From Coniocarpon cinnabarinum (Eukaryota): a DNA stretch of 62,815 nt. Below the pieces are notes generated by a model. That model ran no database searches, was not told the DNA's origin, and saw only the letters and a program-made list of their open reading frames with translations. Position 1 is the first letter of the stretch; the number at the start of each line of letters is the position of its first letter. Shown here piece by piece: positions 34,680 to 48,069 of the stretch. The stretch spans positions 1-62,815 of the forward strand of contig JAVECO010000140.1 in the NCBI GenBank assembly GCA_051942205.1. The letters run 5' to 3'. Position numbers and translations under genes: made by a program.

Positions 34680-36206
34680 ATGGGTGGCGTAAAGTCCACT
34701 GCGAAGGGCTCAGTTCCTCTTGATGCCATTAATCGTGAAGAGAGCTTACCTCACGTGAACCAGGCTGAAACTCACCATCCTGCAGAAAGCATGCAGACGC
34801 AAGGTGTCATGAACGATGATGCGGAGCGCACGCAGGCCGGTGCTCCTACCGCGCCGACAAGTCGTCGCATAAGCCAACGTTTGTTGCGTCGTCGATCAGC
34901 TGTCACCGAACCAAGCCAGACTACTCAGCAACCGGAATACGCGGCACAATCCAGCAATAGCCGCAAGAATTCGAGTTCTACGAAACAGAAGAGTGGCAAG
35001 CCCAATTCACCAACGAGAGAACGGCCGTATGCAGTCATACGACCAGTTGAGAGCATCAAGGCTGGTAATGGCGATGAAGCCACCAGCCATGAGTCTAGTG
35101 AGAATGATGATGATGATGATGATACGAACATGGAAGACGCATCAGTCTCAATCGAATCTACATCCAGTGAAACTACGGACGAATCATCAGGCAGCGAATA
35201 TTCCGGCGATAGCTTCAAGCGCGCAAACCGTAGCTACCTCCGCAGTCTAGACAGATACGATCGCCTCAAGAAAAAGTCCCAAAGCATAGCCCTCAACGAT
35301 GCCATTTCTGCATCTAACAAACGCCGTAAAACGAATCAAGGCAAGAGCATCACGGTCAGCAAACGACGTCAAGTTCGTCATCCCATCAATCGCCGCAAGC
35401 CTAAACAAAACGACGTGTCGACATCAGGCCCCATCAACGAAGGCGAGAGTATCGCGGTTGGAAAGCGCCGTCAAGCAATCCGGCCCAGCAGCAGCCGCCA
35501 GTCTAAACAAACAGACACTCCGACATCTGCTCCGTCAACGTCGCACACGACAACACCAGACACGCTCCGAAGATCTGGCCGCTCTCGTAAACCCAGCAGA
35601 CTAGCCCTCGAGTCCGATCTCAACATCGAAACCGACCACACTCGCGCACTCCGTCAAGCTCTCGGCGTCGGACGAGGCCTACTCATCCCCGCCGTCGGCG
35701 CCTGCACAGACATGTCGACAGCTCCCTTTCCCGTCTCAGACAGTGATCCCGAGGTCATCCAGATCCGTGCGGCTTGTATGCTTCAACTCCGTGACTGGGT
35801 GTACAATACGCAAAACCTCGTCGTACCGTCACCAACGTCTCCAGGAAAGGCGCAAGAAGAAGAGCTTCGAGCACTTGTTACTCGCGGGCGGTTCGTGGCG
35901 ACAAACTTGAGTGGTCGGCTCAGAAACTTGGTTGATGCTGCGGAGACAGACGATGCAGGGAAGGGGAAAGACAAAGTGAATATGCAGGCGAAATTGGAGG
36001 AGCAGGATGTAGTTGATCATGCACGAAACTTTGTGATCGATACGACCAAGTTCGTGCGTGGTGATGAGATGCAAGGAGGGGTGGATCTGGAGGTAGGCGA
36101 GGGGGAGCGGGCGAGGCAGGAAGCTGTGAGGGATGAGATGGAGGATTTAGGGCTAGAGGATGAAGATGTAGAAAGTGATGTGATGATTGAGCTGGGCAAG
36201 CCATAA
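34680..36206 (+). CDS. Hypothetical largely disordered, probably nuclear protein (~508 aa)
   Basis: Long ORF with acidic tract, NKRRK NLS-like motif, RRSGRSRKP and an internal 34-aa duplication. Confidence 0.65.
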   Translation: MGGVKSTAKGSVPLDAINREESLPHVNQAETHHPAESMQTQGVMNDDAERTQAGAPTAPTSRRISQRLLRRRSAVTEPSQTTQQPEYAAQSSNSRKNSSSTKQKSGKPNSPTRERPYAVIRPVESIKAGNGDEATSHESSENDDDDDDTNMEDASVSIESTSSETTDESSGSEYSGDSFKRANRSYLRSLDRYDRLKKKSQSIALNDAISASNKRRKTNQGKSITVSKRRQVRHPINRRKPKQNDVSTSGPINEGESIAVGKRRQAIRPSSSRQSKQTDTPTSAPSTSHTTTPDTLRRSGRSRKPSRLALESDLNIETDHTRALRQALGVGRGLLIPAVGACTDMSTAPFPVSDSDPEVIQIRAACMLQLRDWVYNTQNLVVPSPTSPGKAQEEELRALVTRGRFVATNLSGRLRNLVDAAETDDAGKGKDKVNMQAKLEEQDVVDHARNFVIDTTKFVRGDEMQGGVDLEVGEGERARQEAVRDEMEDLGLEDEDVESDVMIELGKP

Positions 36207-36448
36207 ACGATGAACGATTCCATGTAGACCTGGACGTGGATCAGCTCGTGAGAGAGCCTTGTTTGACCGGTCGATAAACTTTTGTTGACAAGGAGCCAAA
36301 CTACGCAGATGATCAGGAGAAAACTGAACACCTCTCTCTTGCAAAGACAGATTAGAGGTAGTGACGGAGATGATGATCATAGATGAGGCTCACCAACGCC
36401 ACGCATCATGCAAAAAAGAGGCCAGATATAGTAACGTACATTCAACAT

Positions 36449-37917
36449 TTATCCTTCATGCAGCTTCTTCATCCTCCGCGACCCTTCGTACAAGCCTCTG
36501 TCAACTGCCGCTGCTACAGTCAGAGTGCCTCCAATGACGGCGCAGACGCCGACTAGAAATGCTGAGAAAGTCTTTGTGCGCTTTTCGCGGTTGATGACCT
36601 TCATAGGTGATATGTCGTAAGACTGGCCACGAATTAGCTTGGACGACGCTTGAATCTGCGGTAGGTCAGATTGACTCACGAAGAACACGCCAGGAATGCC
36701 ACCACGTGCATGCAGTCGCTCCTTATGTCCCTCAGCAGCGTCGGTTCCGCCCTCAAGGTTTCGCTCATGCCTCGTTACGCTATACTGGTGCGTCTCGATG
36801 CTACCAGCTGGACCAGTGCCATACTCGCCCAACGCGATCAACTCATGCGGCCGATCGGAATCGACTGAGCCCCACAAACCTCCAGCACCATCTTTCCGGC
36901 CAATGCTTTCCCATCCCAATGGAAGATACGCTGTGCTCACAACCTTGACAAAGTACATGTAGTTGTAGGGCCGCGCGTCCGTTTTCAGGGTCAGCCCATC
37001 CAAGGGATTCGTCTGCGTGTATCCTGTCGCCCACGTTTGGCCTTGTCGACTGGCGTCTGCAAACCGCCTCTGTGCCTCCAATGACATTGGCGGGCCAAAT
37101 CTGAGACTGTGTACCGTGTGCGTGAACGTGTGGGCCTCCTCGCTTCGGAAATAGTTCTCCAGATCATGCACATGCATCTGACCATTGCTGAAGCTCTTGC
37201 CTGGTGCGAAGTGAAAGTTACCAACGACTTTGTTGACGCGTATTGATCCCTCTATTCGGCAGCCCTCCTTGCGCTGCGCATCGAGGTGTTCAGCGTAGTG
37301 TTCACGCTCGCATTGCGCAACATTCTCTCCCCGACCAAACGACCATGAGACGGAAGCATAAGCGTCCCGAACTTCGGCGCAGGTATTGCAGCAACCGGGC
37401 TTGGAGGCTGAAGAGGGTGCGGGGGCGCCATAGCACTCGCCGCAGTAGTTGGGGTCCATGTGTGGTGCTTCATCCTGATGTCTGCCTTTGACGTGAGCCT
37501 GCTGGATAGTAGTGGCTATACAGCACGAGCCGGCGCAACTTACAAATCAAGTGCTTTGCTCTCTATAACTCTGCTCCCTTCATTCTCAGCCGACAGCCTT
37601 ACTTTTTGCACGCCGTGGACCACTCCTGACTGAATCTCGCCGCTCACATCCATGACATCCAATGTCAACAGCTCGCACGGTAATCGAGGGAAGCTGATGT
37701 TCATGTGGATCTCCATCTTCTCTCCTCGTCCCTTATCCACCACCAGCTCAGGATGCACCAGTATCCTCCGGTAGTCCGCCCATTCTCCCCACACTAACCA
37801 GAGTATGACGAGAAGCGAAGTAATAGTGATGATACCGCCGGCACTGGTGCGCACTCGTGCATCCTCGACAGTCTTTGAGAACGCGTCAAGGCGTGTGAAG
37901 CGCCCCTTAGCCGGCAT
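36449..37917 (-). CDS. ERV46: ER-Golgi vesicle protein Erv46/ERGIC3, 3 exons
   Basis: LDAFSKT, FPRLPCELLTLDVMD, YCGECYGA, CCNTC..VR.AY, EGCRIEG...VNKVVGNFHFAPG, PGVFF|SYDISPMKV. Confidence 0.93.
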
Positions 37918-38285
37918 CGTGACGAGACTGCTCAATATACGGGCTGAAAGGAATTGAGTTGCGGATGCGCCAGTGCGCTTCAGGTGAACCTGTTCAGGAC
38001 GCAGTCATCGAGGTGAGCCCCACAGCACCCTTTCGTCGAACGGGCTAGAAGGACCCACATTCAAAGGAATGGAAGTAGGCAGCTTTTGTGTTTCTTCAAT
38101 GCCACTCTAACTAGCTTCTAGTGCTTGTATGAGTTTGGCAGCTCGATGCTCCCTCGTCCGCTACCGTCTCAGCCTTACCCGCCCTTGTGGCAGGGTGACA
38201 TTAATTCTTGTAATCTGCCCGATCGGAGCGCTCTTCCCGTGCAAGCTACATTTGACGTCTTTGCACGTCCAGAATTTGAGCAGCA

Positions 38286-38657
38286 ATGGACGCTGACCAA
38301 GCAGCCACCATCGAGCCTATCGTCAGCGAATCTCTTGCCCACAATCAGCGTACAATATCCAACATACGACAGCTATCGTCTCCTTTGCTCGGCGTCTGCG
38401 CAGGAACTCTGTGCCTGGAATCGACGACTGGATTTCTCTTCTATCTGGCTGGTACATTACTGACAAGTCTGCTGATCTACGTTGGCCCTGTCAGACAAAA
38501 TCCGGAGAAATACTTTGGAGCAAGCCAGAAGTTGGGAGGGCAAAATGGTCCAAGTTGGGGTGTGATCTGGGAGGTCATGATGGGTGGTATGGGGATTGAA
38601 GCGATCATGGGGTTCGTGATGGCGTGGACCTTGGCTTTTAATCTTGTTGGCACCTAA
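38286..38657 (+). CDS. EMC6: ER membrane protein complex subunit 6
   Basis: ESLAHN...AGTLCLES..GFLFY...GFVMAWTLAFNLV. Confidence 0.88.
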   Translation: MDADQAATIEPIVSESLAHNQRTISNIRQLSSPLLGVCAGTLCLESTTGFLFYLAGTLLTSLLIYVGPVRQNPEKYFGASQKLGGQNGPSWGVIWEVMMGGMGIEAIMGFVMAWTLAFNLVGT

Positions 38658-38774
38658 TATCACCTATGACACGCGCAACGACCCACAGCCTCAGCCATGA
38701 ACAAGCTTCTCCAATCGTCCGAACAGCAAAAGAGCGCACCGCGCATGAGAATGGAAAGGAGCGGCGACGAGACG

Positions 38775-40000
38775 TTAAAGTTTACCATGCCGATTCTGTG
38801 CACTATTCAATGCGTCTGGAGGGGTTCCTTCGGGATGCTCGCCCTCCTCGAGTTCGTCCTGATCTTTCTTCTGCTGTTGGGCTTGCCATTTCAACATCAG
38901 ACGAGCAATCAAAGCCTCATCCCCTGGATGTTTGTTGGCCTCAAATGCAGGCTCTTCAGCATATGCTATTCGGGCACAGTCTACCAGTATCCTGGCAGTC
39001 ATTCCCCACACTCGATACCGGCTTAGCTTATCTAGGGGATCTGCGTTGGCTTCTTCAATACTTGTATATGGAATGGTACTGCCAGCCTTCTCAGCCGGAA
39101 ATGCACCTTGTTGCTGGGACGCTGCTAGCCTGGGTCGGGTGACGTTTTGGCCTTTCAGTGGCACGTAGAAATTGTGCATCTTGAAGCGAGTGTTGTGCCA
39201 GGGTATCCATTGGCCTTCGTACCACCTGCCATCATCTGGGACCAAATCACTACTATTTCCTGGACCCTGACGTAGGCCTTCTCCGGGGCCAACATGAATT
39301 TCATCCTCCGTGCAAAGGAAGTTGTGTAACGGCGCGCTAAAGACAGCTGCAACTTCTTTTGCATCCAACCTTGGTATCAACATCGTTTCTGCATCTGCTC
39401 GGCGACCGTTCCCATCCCGCTCAGATCTTGACGACAAGAGTGCGACGCACGGTCGAACTCCGAGCTCCGTCTTTGCCAAATGTGTGGGCAGCTGGCACAG
39501 ATGATCTAGTTGAAAAGGGGACGGTAGGGAAGGAGTGGGTGGGTTGTATTTGGTATCATTGGCCGACGGCTGAGCAAGGGACGAAGGCGACGTGGATGGG
39601 AGAGGCAGCCCAATCTCTTCAAAAGCTTCTCGACGCGCCGTTTGTAAAGGAGATTCGGTGACATGATCGGCCTTGCCTCCAGGAAGCGCGGCTTGTCCAG
39701 CGTCTTAATACGAGTCATGCTCGATCAGTCGATGGTCCTTAGAAAGCAATAGTGCGCATACAGGACTTCAAAGTGGCCGCGCGCATGGTCAAGACAACTC
39801 TGAGCTCGCCTCTTTTGTCTGCGAATAGAAGTATGAGCACCGCAGCTCTCCGAGCCAGTGGCAGTGACAGCCATGATGTCTGAGGTGGTACGTATGCACG
39901 TAGGCGGGCGATAGCAGCCTGCGTTTGGATCAACTCTCCACGTCTCTGATGTACATCGTTGCTCAAGCGATACCTTCGAGGCTGGTGTTAAGGCTGCCAT
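38775..40000 (-). CDS. PCD1: Peroxisomal coenzyme A diphosphatase (Nudix, Pcd1/NUDT7), 3 exons
   Basis: RAAVLILLF, LTMRA..LKS|YAGQAALPGG (NuCoA), Nudix box TARREAFEEIG, VWGMTARIL. C-terminal -GKL is PTS1-like. Confidence 0.9.
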
Positions 40001-40293
40001 GCGCTTTACTTGGCCTGATTCACTGAACCTGGAGGCACTTGCATTCCATTTCCCTGCAGCATTATCGATACCAAGGCAAGAATGGCGCCACAAAGCATGG
40101 CGAAAAGAATGGAGCCTTAATTTCAAGGTTTCCGTAGCTTCGACTACGCTAGACCAGATCGCGAAGCTTGAGGATTTTCTTCTTCAAGATTGCATTCACG
40201 CATTTCAATTCCCAGACAAGTTCTTGCGTACAGCCTCGACTTTTCGCATTTGGATCATCCGCGCCATCACGACGCAACAAAGCTCTGCCTAGC

Positions 40294-40718
40294 ATGGCTG
40301 ATGCTGCGTGGCCAATCGCCGATGCGGCTCTGACACAAGAACTTCTCGACCTCGTCCAACAGGGCTCGCACGCGAGACAGATCCGAAAGGGAGCCAACGA
40401 ATCAACAAAAACACTCAATCGTGGCATATCCGAGCTTCTCATTCTCGCAGCGGACACTCAGCCGCTTGCTGTGAGTTTTTCTTGTTTCTTATGGATTTTG
40501 TAATTGCTGACAGCTCACACCAGATTCTCCTTCATCTACCACTTCTTTGCGAGGATAAGAATGTCCCATATGTTTACGTGCCCAGCAAAATTGCACTTGG
40601 CCGCGCATGCGGAGTGAGCAGGCAAGTCATCGCGGTCTCGATCACCACGAATCAGGGCTCCGATCTCGCCAACCAAATTCGCGCCATCAGAGACAAAGTG
40701 GAGAGGTTAATGATATAA
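40294..40718 (+). CDS. SNU13: K-turn binding 15.5K protein Snu13 (U4/U6, box C/D snoRNP), 2 exons
   Basis: [15 protein letters not shown]...[55 protein letters not shown]. Intron 40471-40523. Confidence 0.96.
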
Positions 40719-42258
40719 CGGCACGTCTGGTTTTGGAAGCATGTTTTCAAGAATTATGGACCTGCAACGTTCGCCACGTGTAAGCGCGTTTGCGCTTCGC
40801 AATCCACTGAGTCAAGGAGGATGAGAGTACCTGCGCCGCAGCGGGGTTACTGTGGTGAGGAACCAGTAGTGAGAACGAGCCAGGCGATACTGCGCAATGA
40901 TCGGATTGAGTCGTGCGAGAAAGGGGAGGCGAAATGTGTTAGATCGTGATCAGTAGGCTAGAGCCGTTGCTGCTGCTCACGTTTGAAGAAGGCTGCGGAG
41001 CTACAACTGCTACGTACTGCTAGCGCGTTCGATCGCTTCACTGCACCACACGCAGACGAGCGTCTCCATGTTCTGCTTTTTATTTCGTTGCAAATGTCGT
41101 GCTCTGAGACAGCGACCTTTTCAATTGACATTGCGTGCTGGGGGGCTCTCTGGAGACTGTCCGAGTGTACCAGCGGCGAGGAATGCTGAATTTTTATTTG
41201 CCCAATGCATATGCTGTCAGAAATACTTCAGCATCCATGAATTGTTATTAAAGCAAGACGGCGCCTCTCTCTCTCTCTCTCTTTCTCGTCCAGGCCTCGG
41301 AGATGGTGGACTTGTGTGAAGTCCCCTGGGTTTCATGACGTGCGAGGGCCCAAGCGAGCACTAGCTCCGGGCGACAAAGAGAGTTGGGCTCTGTTGCGAT
41401 AGAGTCTTCATCTCGACGCACAAACGTTGCTACCACTTTTTCGACCACCTTGGCCACTCCACTCTTCGCGCCAATGATGGTGCGTGTGGATAACGCAATG
41501 GGTGTTCCACTGTGGACTAGAAGAGAAGGCCAGCAGCGCAGAGGGCAGAGGGCCGTACCGCCATGCAAGTACCGCGATGAGAGTTTAACCTTAGGCTGGC
41601 CCACCCACCCGTGCGGCTATCCACACCACGCACCGGAGAAAGCACGACAGGTGCCCTGGGACGAGGGACGAGTCGGGGCCGTTCGTCAGCTCACGAATCA
41701 GAGAGACACAGCGTCGGCTAAGAGGGTGAAAAAGACATGAGGCGCATCGAACTGAGGTCATGGCAGCAACAGACGCTGCAATCACGCCATCCTCATTCTG
41801 CCCCCCCAACTTTCCATCTCGCCTCCCAATGGCTGCGCTCTGTCATGCGTCTCGACGTCTCGCCGTCTCGACTTCCGCACTCGCCACAACGCCTGGCTGT
41901 TGTCGATTCCACTCCTTCGATCTCGTTGGTTCTCGAGCTCGGGGGCTCCAGCTACATTTGACTATTATTTAACTATTGGACGTGTGCCACAGCTTGTCGC
42001 CCAGCTTCCCGGTCCTATCCCATTATAGGCCTGTCACGCGGCACCCCTGCTGAACCTGGGTCATTCTATGTCAATGAGTGCGTGACTACGACCGCTTTGG
42101 GCTCTCAGTGCGCTCAGAGTACGCTTTTCTGCTACGACTAGAATCGTCTTGTTACACTTGGATTGCAGCGAACACTGGGCAAGGGATAGTTGCGAGTACC
42201 CATTTGGCTGTCATACTCCCCTACCTGTCCACCCGGCGTTCGACCTCGTCCGGCGACA

Positions 42259-44979
42259 ATGGACACGAGAACCAGGATTGGTCATGCCTTGGCCAAGGTA
42301 CTTGGCATCAAGCTCAACTATCGAGAGTATGGCAACCATCCTCCTTCCGAGGAGCATGCCACTCGAGGTGAATCCGTCTTCTCGGTGGCGAGTGCCGATG
42401 CTTACGTCGAGCACGAGCCTACTTCGATGGAATGGATCATGCAATACGCACCCGGCTGGCGGGACGTCGGGAATTACCTGTACAACCTGTTCCCTTTCGT
42501 TCATTGGATTCACCGCTACAATCTGCAATGGCTGTACGGCGACCTCGTGGCAGGTAAGTCTGACGCCTAGAGCCTTCCTGCTCTACTGTGTATCGTTCTC
42601 GCCTTCATTGGACAACATGCTAATCCCGTTGTAGGTATTACGATCGGCGCTGTCGTGGTCCCTCAGTCCATGGCATATGCCAAACTGGCTGATCTAGACG
42701 TACAATATGGTCTATATTCTGCGTTCATGGGTACCCTCATTTATTGGTTTTTTGCAACTTCCAAAGATATCACCATTGGCGTAGGTTCCCAACATGATAC
42801 TATTTACTTTCCCCCGGCTGACAAGTCCGGACTCAGCCTGTAGCTGTTATGTCAACCATTCTGGGTAATGCTATCATCAGCGTCCAGGAAACGCACCCGG
42901 AAACGCCGAAAGTGGCCATTGCCGAGTCACTGTCGATCATTGCCGGCGCCATTATCGCTTTTCTGGGCTTCTTCCGTCTTGGCTGGATCGTTGAATTCTT
43001 GTCGCTGGCGTCCATTTGTGCTTACATCACGGGTTCTGCCTTCAACATCGGCATTGGCCAAATCCCTGCTTTGCTTGGCATCAGTTCGAAGTATGTCAAT
43101 AATCGCGCGCCCACATATCAAGTTGTCATCCATACGTTACAAAATCTTAAGCATACAAAATTGGACGCCGCGCTTGGCTTGACAAGCCTATTGATGTTGT
43201 ACGTCATCAAGTACACATTCACCTATCTGGCCAAAAAACAGCCTCATAGGCAGAAGTTGTACTTCTTTATCAACACACTTCGCACCATTTTCGTCGTGCT
43301 TTTATACACCCTCATTAGTTGGCTTGTCAATCGACACCACAGGAAAAACCCCAAATTCCAAATTCTTGGAAGCGTGCCTCGAGGTAAGAGCCGCCGGATT
43401 TCCGTCTACCTCAGCAGAGTCATATACTGACGGCCAACCAGGTTTCACGGCAGCCGGAGTGCCACACGTCACCACCGACATCATCAGCCAATTTGCCGGT
43501 GACATCCCTGTGACCGTCATCGTCCTACTCATTGAGCACATCTCAATCGCAAAGTCATTCGGCAGAATCAACAATTATGTCATCAATCCATCACAAGAGA
43601 TGATTGCTATAGGTGTCACTAATTTGCTAGGCCCATTCTTAGGCGCCTACCCAGCAACTGGCTCTTTCTCCCGCACTGCCATCAAAGCCAAGGCAGGTGT
43701 CCGCACCCCCTTAGCGGGCGTATTCAGCTCCATCGTCGTCCTTCTAGCTATCTACGCCTTGACCGCGGTGTTCTTCTACATCCCAAACTCAGCACTTTCG
43801 GGTGTCATCATTCATGCCGTGTTTGATCTCATTACCCCCGCCAACACGGTCTACCAGTTCTGGCGCATTTCCCCGCTTGAAGTCCTGATATTCCTTGCCG
43901 GCGTCTTCGTTACAGTATTTTCGAGCATCGAAAATGGTGTCTATACCACCATCTGCGTCTCTGTAGCCCTCCTTCTTTATCGTGTCGTCAAAGCGCAGGG
44001 TCGCTTTCTCGGCCGGGTCAAGATACATTCTGTTGCAGGACATGCGACCGATTCTCATCCGGAACTGGCTCTGGACAAGTCACAGCCCCAAGTGCATTCG
44101 CGTCCCGCTGGAGACGATGTCGACGATGCTGCTTCTATTCGCAACATTTATCTACCGCTTGACCATCGTGATGGCTCGAACCCCGAGATCGATGTCCAGC
44201 GACCCTATCCAGGAGTGTTCATGTTCCGCTTCTCAGAGGGCTACAATTATCCGAACGCGTCGCACTATACCGATTATCTCGTGGCGACTATTTTCCGGGA
44301 GACAAGGCGGACCGACCCTCGTACGTTTGCACGACCTGGTGATCGTCCGTGGAACGACCCAGGCCCCAGAAAGGGACAAGAGGAGAACATCGACTGGAAC
44401 AAACCTACCTTGAAAGCTGTCGTCTTGGACTTTTCCTCTGTCAACAACGTGGACATCACCTCTGTTCAGAATCTGATCGACGTTCGTAATCAGCTCGACC
44501 GTTACACCACACCCGAGACCGTCGATTGGCACATTGCGTGCGTCAACAACCGTTGGACCAAACGTGCATTGGCTTCAGCGGGCTTCGGGTATCCTACGCC
44601 GTCCAGTCAGGATGGAGGATTCCACCGATGGAAGCCACTCTACAGTGTCGCTGAGATGGGTGGCAGTAACAGCGCGGCGGCGGCGGCGGAACACGACTAC
44701 AACAGACGGCGGACGAGCAAAGACGTCGAAGCGGGCTCATCCAGCTCGTCCGACGTGGCGCAGAAGGATCGGCCCGAGTTTGAAAGGGAGATTAGGGGCA
44801 GTAAGGCTTACGAGGGCGCAACACACAATGTGCAATCGCGGGTCGCGGTCGTGCAAGGACTCAATCGGCCTTACTTCCACGTCGACCTCACGAGCGCGCT
44901 GCAAAATGCCATTGACTGCATTCAGGCTAAGGAGCGGTATGGCGGCTTTGACAAGAAGGGATACGGTACGGATGCGTGA
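42259..44979 (+). CDS. SulP/SLC26 sulfate permease (Sul1/sB-like) with STAS domain, 4 exons
   Basis: GDLVAG|ITIG.VVVPQSMAYA..A.L...YGLYS, FATSKDITIG|PVAV, EHISIAKSFG, TGSFSRTA, RPWND, LDFSSVNNVD. Confidence 0.93.
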
Positions 44980-45424
44980 AGAGCGGCTTGAATGATGTTT
45001 GGTTGGCACTCGTTTCCTAATGCTGTTTTGTCTAAACGTTGTACCTAATCGCTATTGAGAGCGCCAATCACGAGATCGTGATCATACGCGTTTGCACCAA
45101 TTTTGGAACGTCGATGTTGAAAGCGTGGCCGTAATTTCGCGGCGCTCTTGCACCAAGCGTGTGTAGCCATCTGTCGTGTTCCTGCAAGCCACTGGAAGCC
45201 GGGCATTGACCCCCAAGGCGTGGGGGCGTGAACCCCAAGGTTGCAGGGCACTTGGGCGCTTACGGCCCCATGCCAGGGGGACTCGCGGGGCTTCGAGGTA
45301 CCGGTCACGGGCAGTGCAGACGCAGTTGCATATGTAGCAACCACCTCAATACGCGTCCTTATTCCTTCCTTGCGTGATATCCACGCTCCGTTCTCGCCGC
45401 TCGTGGGTGAGCTGTCACTTGACC

Positions 45425-46584
45425 ATGACTGCAACTATGCCGGGTTTGCACACCACGTTGGCACAAGGACCACCTCGCGGCAATCTTAGCAAAGGCTTGC
45501 AGAAGCTCCGCGAAACCATCCTGCAAAATGGCATACCAAGTAGTTCCGATGGCATGTCTGACCTCCGCATATACATCTGGCTCGTTCTCCTATCCGCGCC
45601 TCCAACACCTACCGATCGTTACCTCGACCTCGTCCGGCAAGGCCCCTCGCCCAGCTATGCAAAGATTCGCGACGACACCTTTCGCACTTTCTCCAGTGAT
45701 CCCCTCTTTCGACGCCGTGTGACTGAGAACAGTTTGACGCGTGTGTTGAACGCAGTGTCATGGATGCTGCATGACGCCCATGAGGCCCACGTCAATGGCT
45801 GGATGAGCCCGCCCAGCATTGGATCAAGAGCCCCTCCAAGCTTCACCGGCAGTCCTCCGCCCTCGTCAGCTCCAATGCACAGTCACCCACGCACATCCAA
45901 TGGCGCGCGAAGTCCGGAAGTCTTGCGCACGGGCATGGTGCCTCAAGATAGCTTGAGCGATGCAGGCATGAGCAGCAGTGCGCATGGCGGGCAGGATACA
46001 GCTGCAGTCGGATATGTACAAGGCATGAATGTGCTCGCAGCGCCATTCTGCTATGCGGCAAGAAGTGAGGTGCAAGCATTCACGGCGTTCAACACATTTC
46101 TCAAGACGCAGATTCCGGGGTATGTAAGAGGTGGCAGTATGGAAGGAGTACACAAGGGGACAAAGTTGGTGGATCGAATATTAGAAGTCGTGGATTTCAA
46201 ATTGGCACAGCATCTACAAGAGCGCCATCTCAGCGCTGCAATATGGGCGTTTGGACCAGTTCTGACGTGTTGTGCATCTGTGCCACCACTACCCGAGGTG
46301 CTGAGCCTTTGGGACTTTTACATGGCTTATGGCGCGCACTTGAACCTGGTCTGCATTGTCGCCCAACTTGTCCTAATCAGAGATGACTTGTTAAAAAGTG
46401 CAAGGTGGGTACAGAGAAATGCCGTCAACGGGGTGCCATTCATGCTAATGTGAGACGTAGACCGAATGATATACTTCGGCAGCTTCCCAGCCTCAATGCC
46501 CAAGCCATCAAGAGCATGGCAGTCAGCTTCTTAGGACGAATCCCCGATGACCTGTACGCAGAGATTGTCTCGCACGCACAGTGA
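45425..46584 (+). CDS. BUB2: TBC-domain GAP Bub2/Cdc16 of the septation/mitotic exit network, 2 exons
   Basis: LRIYIWLVLL, IRDDTFRT, YVQGMNVLAAPF, PPLPEVL.LWDF..AYG.HLN. Intron ~46405-46460. Confidence 0.92.
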
Positions 46585-47062
46585 GCGCTTGACTTGACTG
46601 TACCCCGCATGGTTTCTCTCGCTTCAGCGATTGGCATCTACGATCAGAACCCAGAGTGACAGTGGCACTGCGTCTGATAGACTGCGGAGCCCAATGCAAA
46701 GTACGTGATCAGCCAACGCAGGCACCTTGGATCTATCTAACCACGTGCAACCGCGTGAGCAGGTCCCAGTGCTTTCATGTGATTGCAGGATCACATGAAA
46801 ATGCAGCTCCAGCCGTGCGCGTCACACCTTTGCTTGACGCGTGCTGGATTCATTTGCCTTGCTTGTTGCCTCTGCCTTTGCCTTGCCCAGATTTTGCCTG
46901 GCATCGCTTGTTCTTTCCACGTCAGGACTCTTCATGACTCGGCCTACTTCTCTTCTGGGATGCCGCCGAGGCCTTTGCGCCTTTCTTGACTCTTCGGGCT
47001 GCAATCAAAAGAGCCAGTGGTCCTCCACTACCTAAGCCTGCGAGAGCGGCAGAAATCTCATA

Positions 47063-48069
47063 ATGATGTCTTCCAGCCCTGGCCAAGACGGTCTTGTCCC
47101 CCGTAATTCATCTCTAGGGAGCTCTCGACTCGCATTTTCGTCGACAACCCCCTCAGCGCCACAGACCACGTCAAGCCAGCCGGGGACGCCTTCAGCTTCT
47201 CCTCGCCAAAGTCTCCGGCTCATTACGGACATGGAGCACATTGGCCCCTCGCCTCAACGTCATGACAAGCAAATGACCCCCGCCGAGTTGCACGCTGAGC
47301 TCGAGCGAGAGCAAGAGGGAGTCGTGAGTAGATACATCTTCAAAGTCTGGAAGAACTTGCTAATGTAGACAAGGTCAACCGTTTGAACCGAGAGCTCAGT
47401 GCATTGCGGACTACATCTTCGCGTCTACAAAATCACTCTCAGCCGTCTTCAGCCATCGTTCGGCCAGCGACACCTTCGAGCACCACGTTCATCGATGCAC
47501 TGACAGGCTTGGAGAGCTTGGATGTGGCAGGTGACGAAATGAATCAACCTTCATTCGATTTGGCTCACTCTGTGTCACCTTACATCCCCACAGGGCCTGC
47601 TCAGTATCGTTCATCGTCAACCTCCCGCTCCAACTCTTCTCGAACCCACTCAATGACGTCTAATATGACAGCCTTGGGCGCTCATCCCACCGGTGGCCCT
47701 GCAAGTCAAGCCTCGGTAGATCGAGCTCGAGACGCTGCTGGTATTCCTGATCCCACTTCGGCCCCATTTATGCATTCCCTTGGACTCTCACGCAGCCGCC
47801 GGGGGTCTATCCGATCGAACCAGCCATCACCAGTGCTCGGCTGTCATTCGTTCAGGAGCTTCAGCCTTGAACGCAGACCTAGTCGCCAGAATGGCTCCTC
47901 GAGAGCCGAAGAATTCATCGCTGCACGTGACAAGTTGAACAAGGTCAAAGTCGAGAATGAGGACCTTGTTGCAAAGCTGAAACAGCTGGAGAAGCAGTTG
48001 AAAGATCTCGGCGAATCTGATATTGCTCGAGGACGTGCAAATGAAACAGCTATTCCGGAGTGTAAATAA
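47063..48069 (+). CDS. Ser-rich coiled-coil hypothetical protein, 2 exons
   Basis: Intron 47324-47373 joins ELEREQEGV|VNRLNRELSALR. C-terminal coiled coil LNKVKVENEDLVAKLKQLE. Confidence 0.78.
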
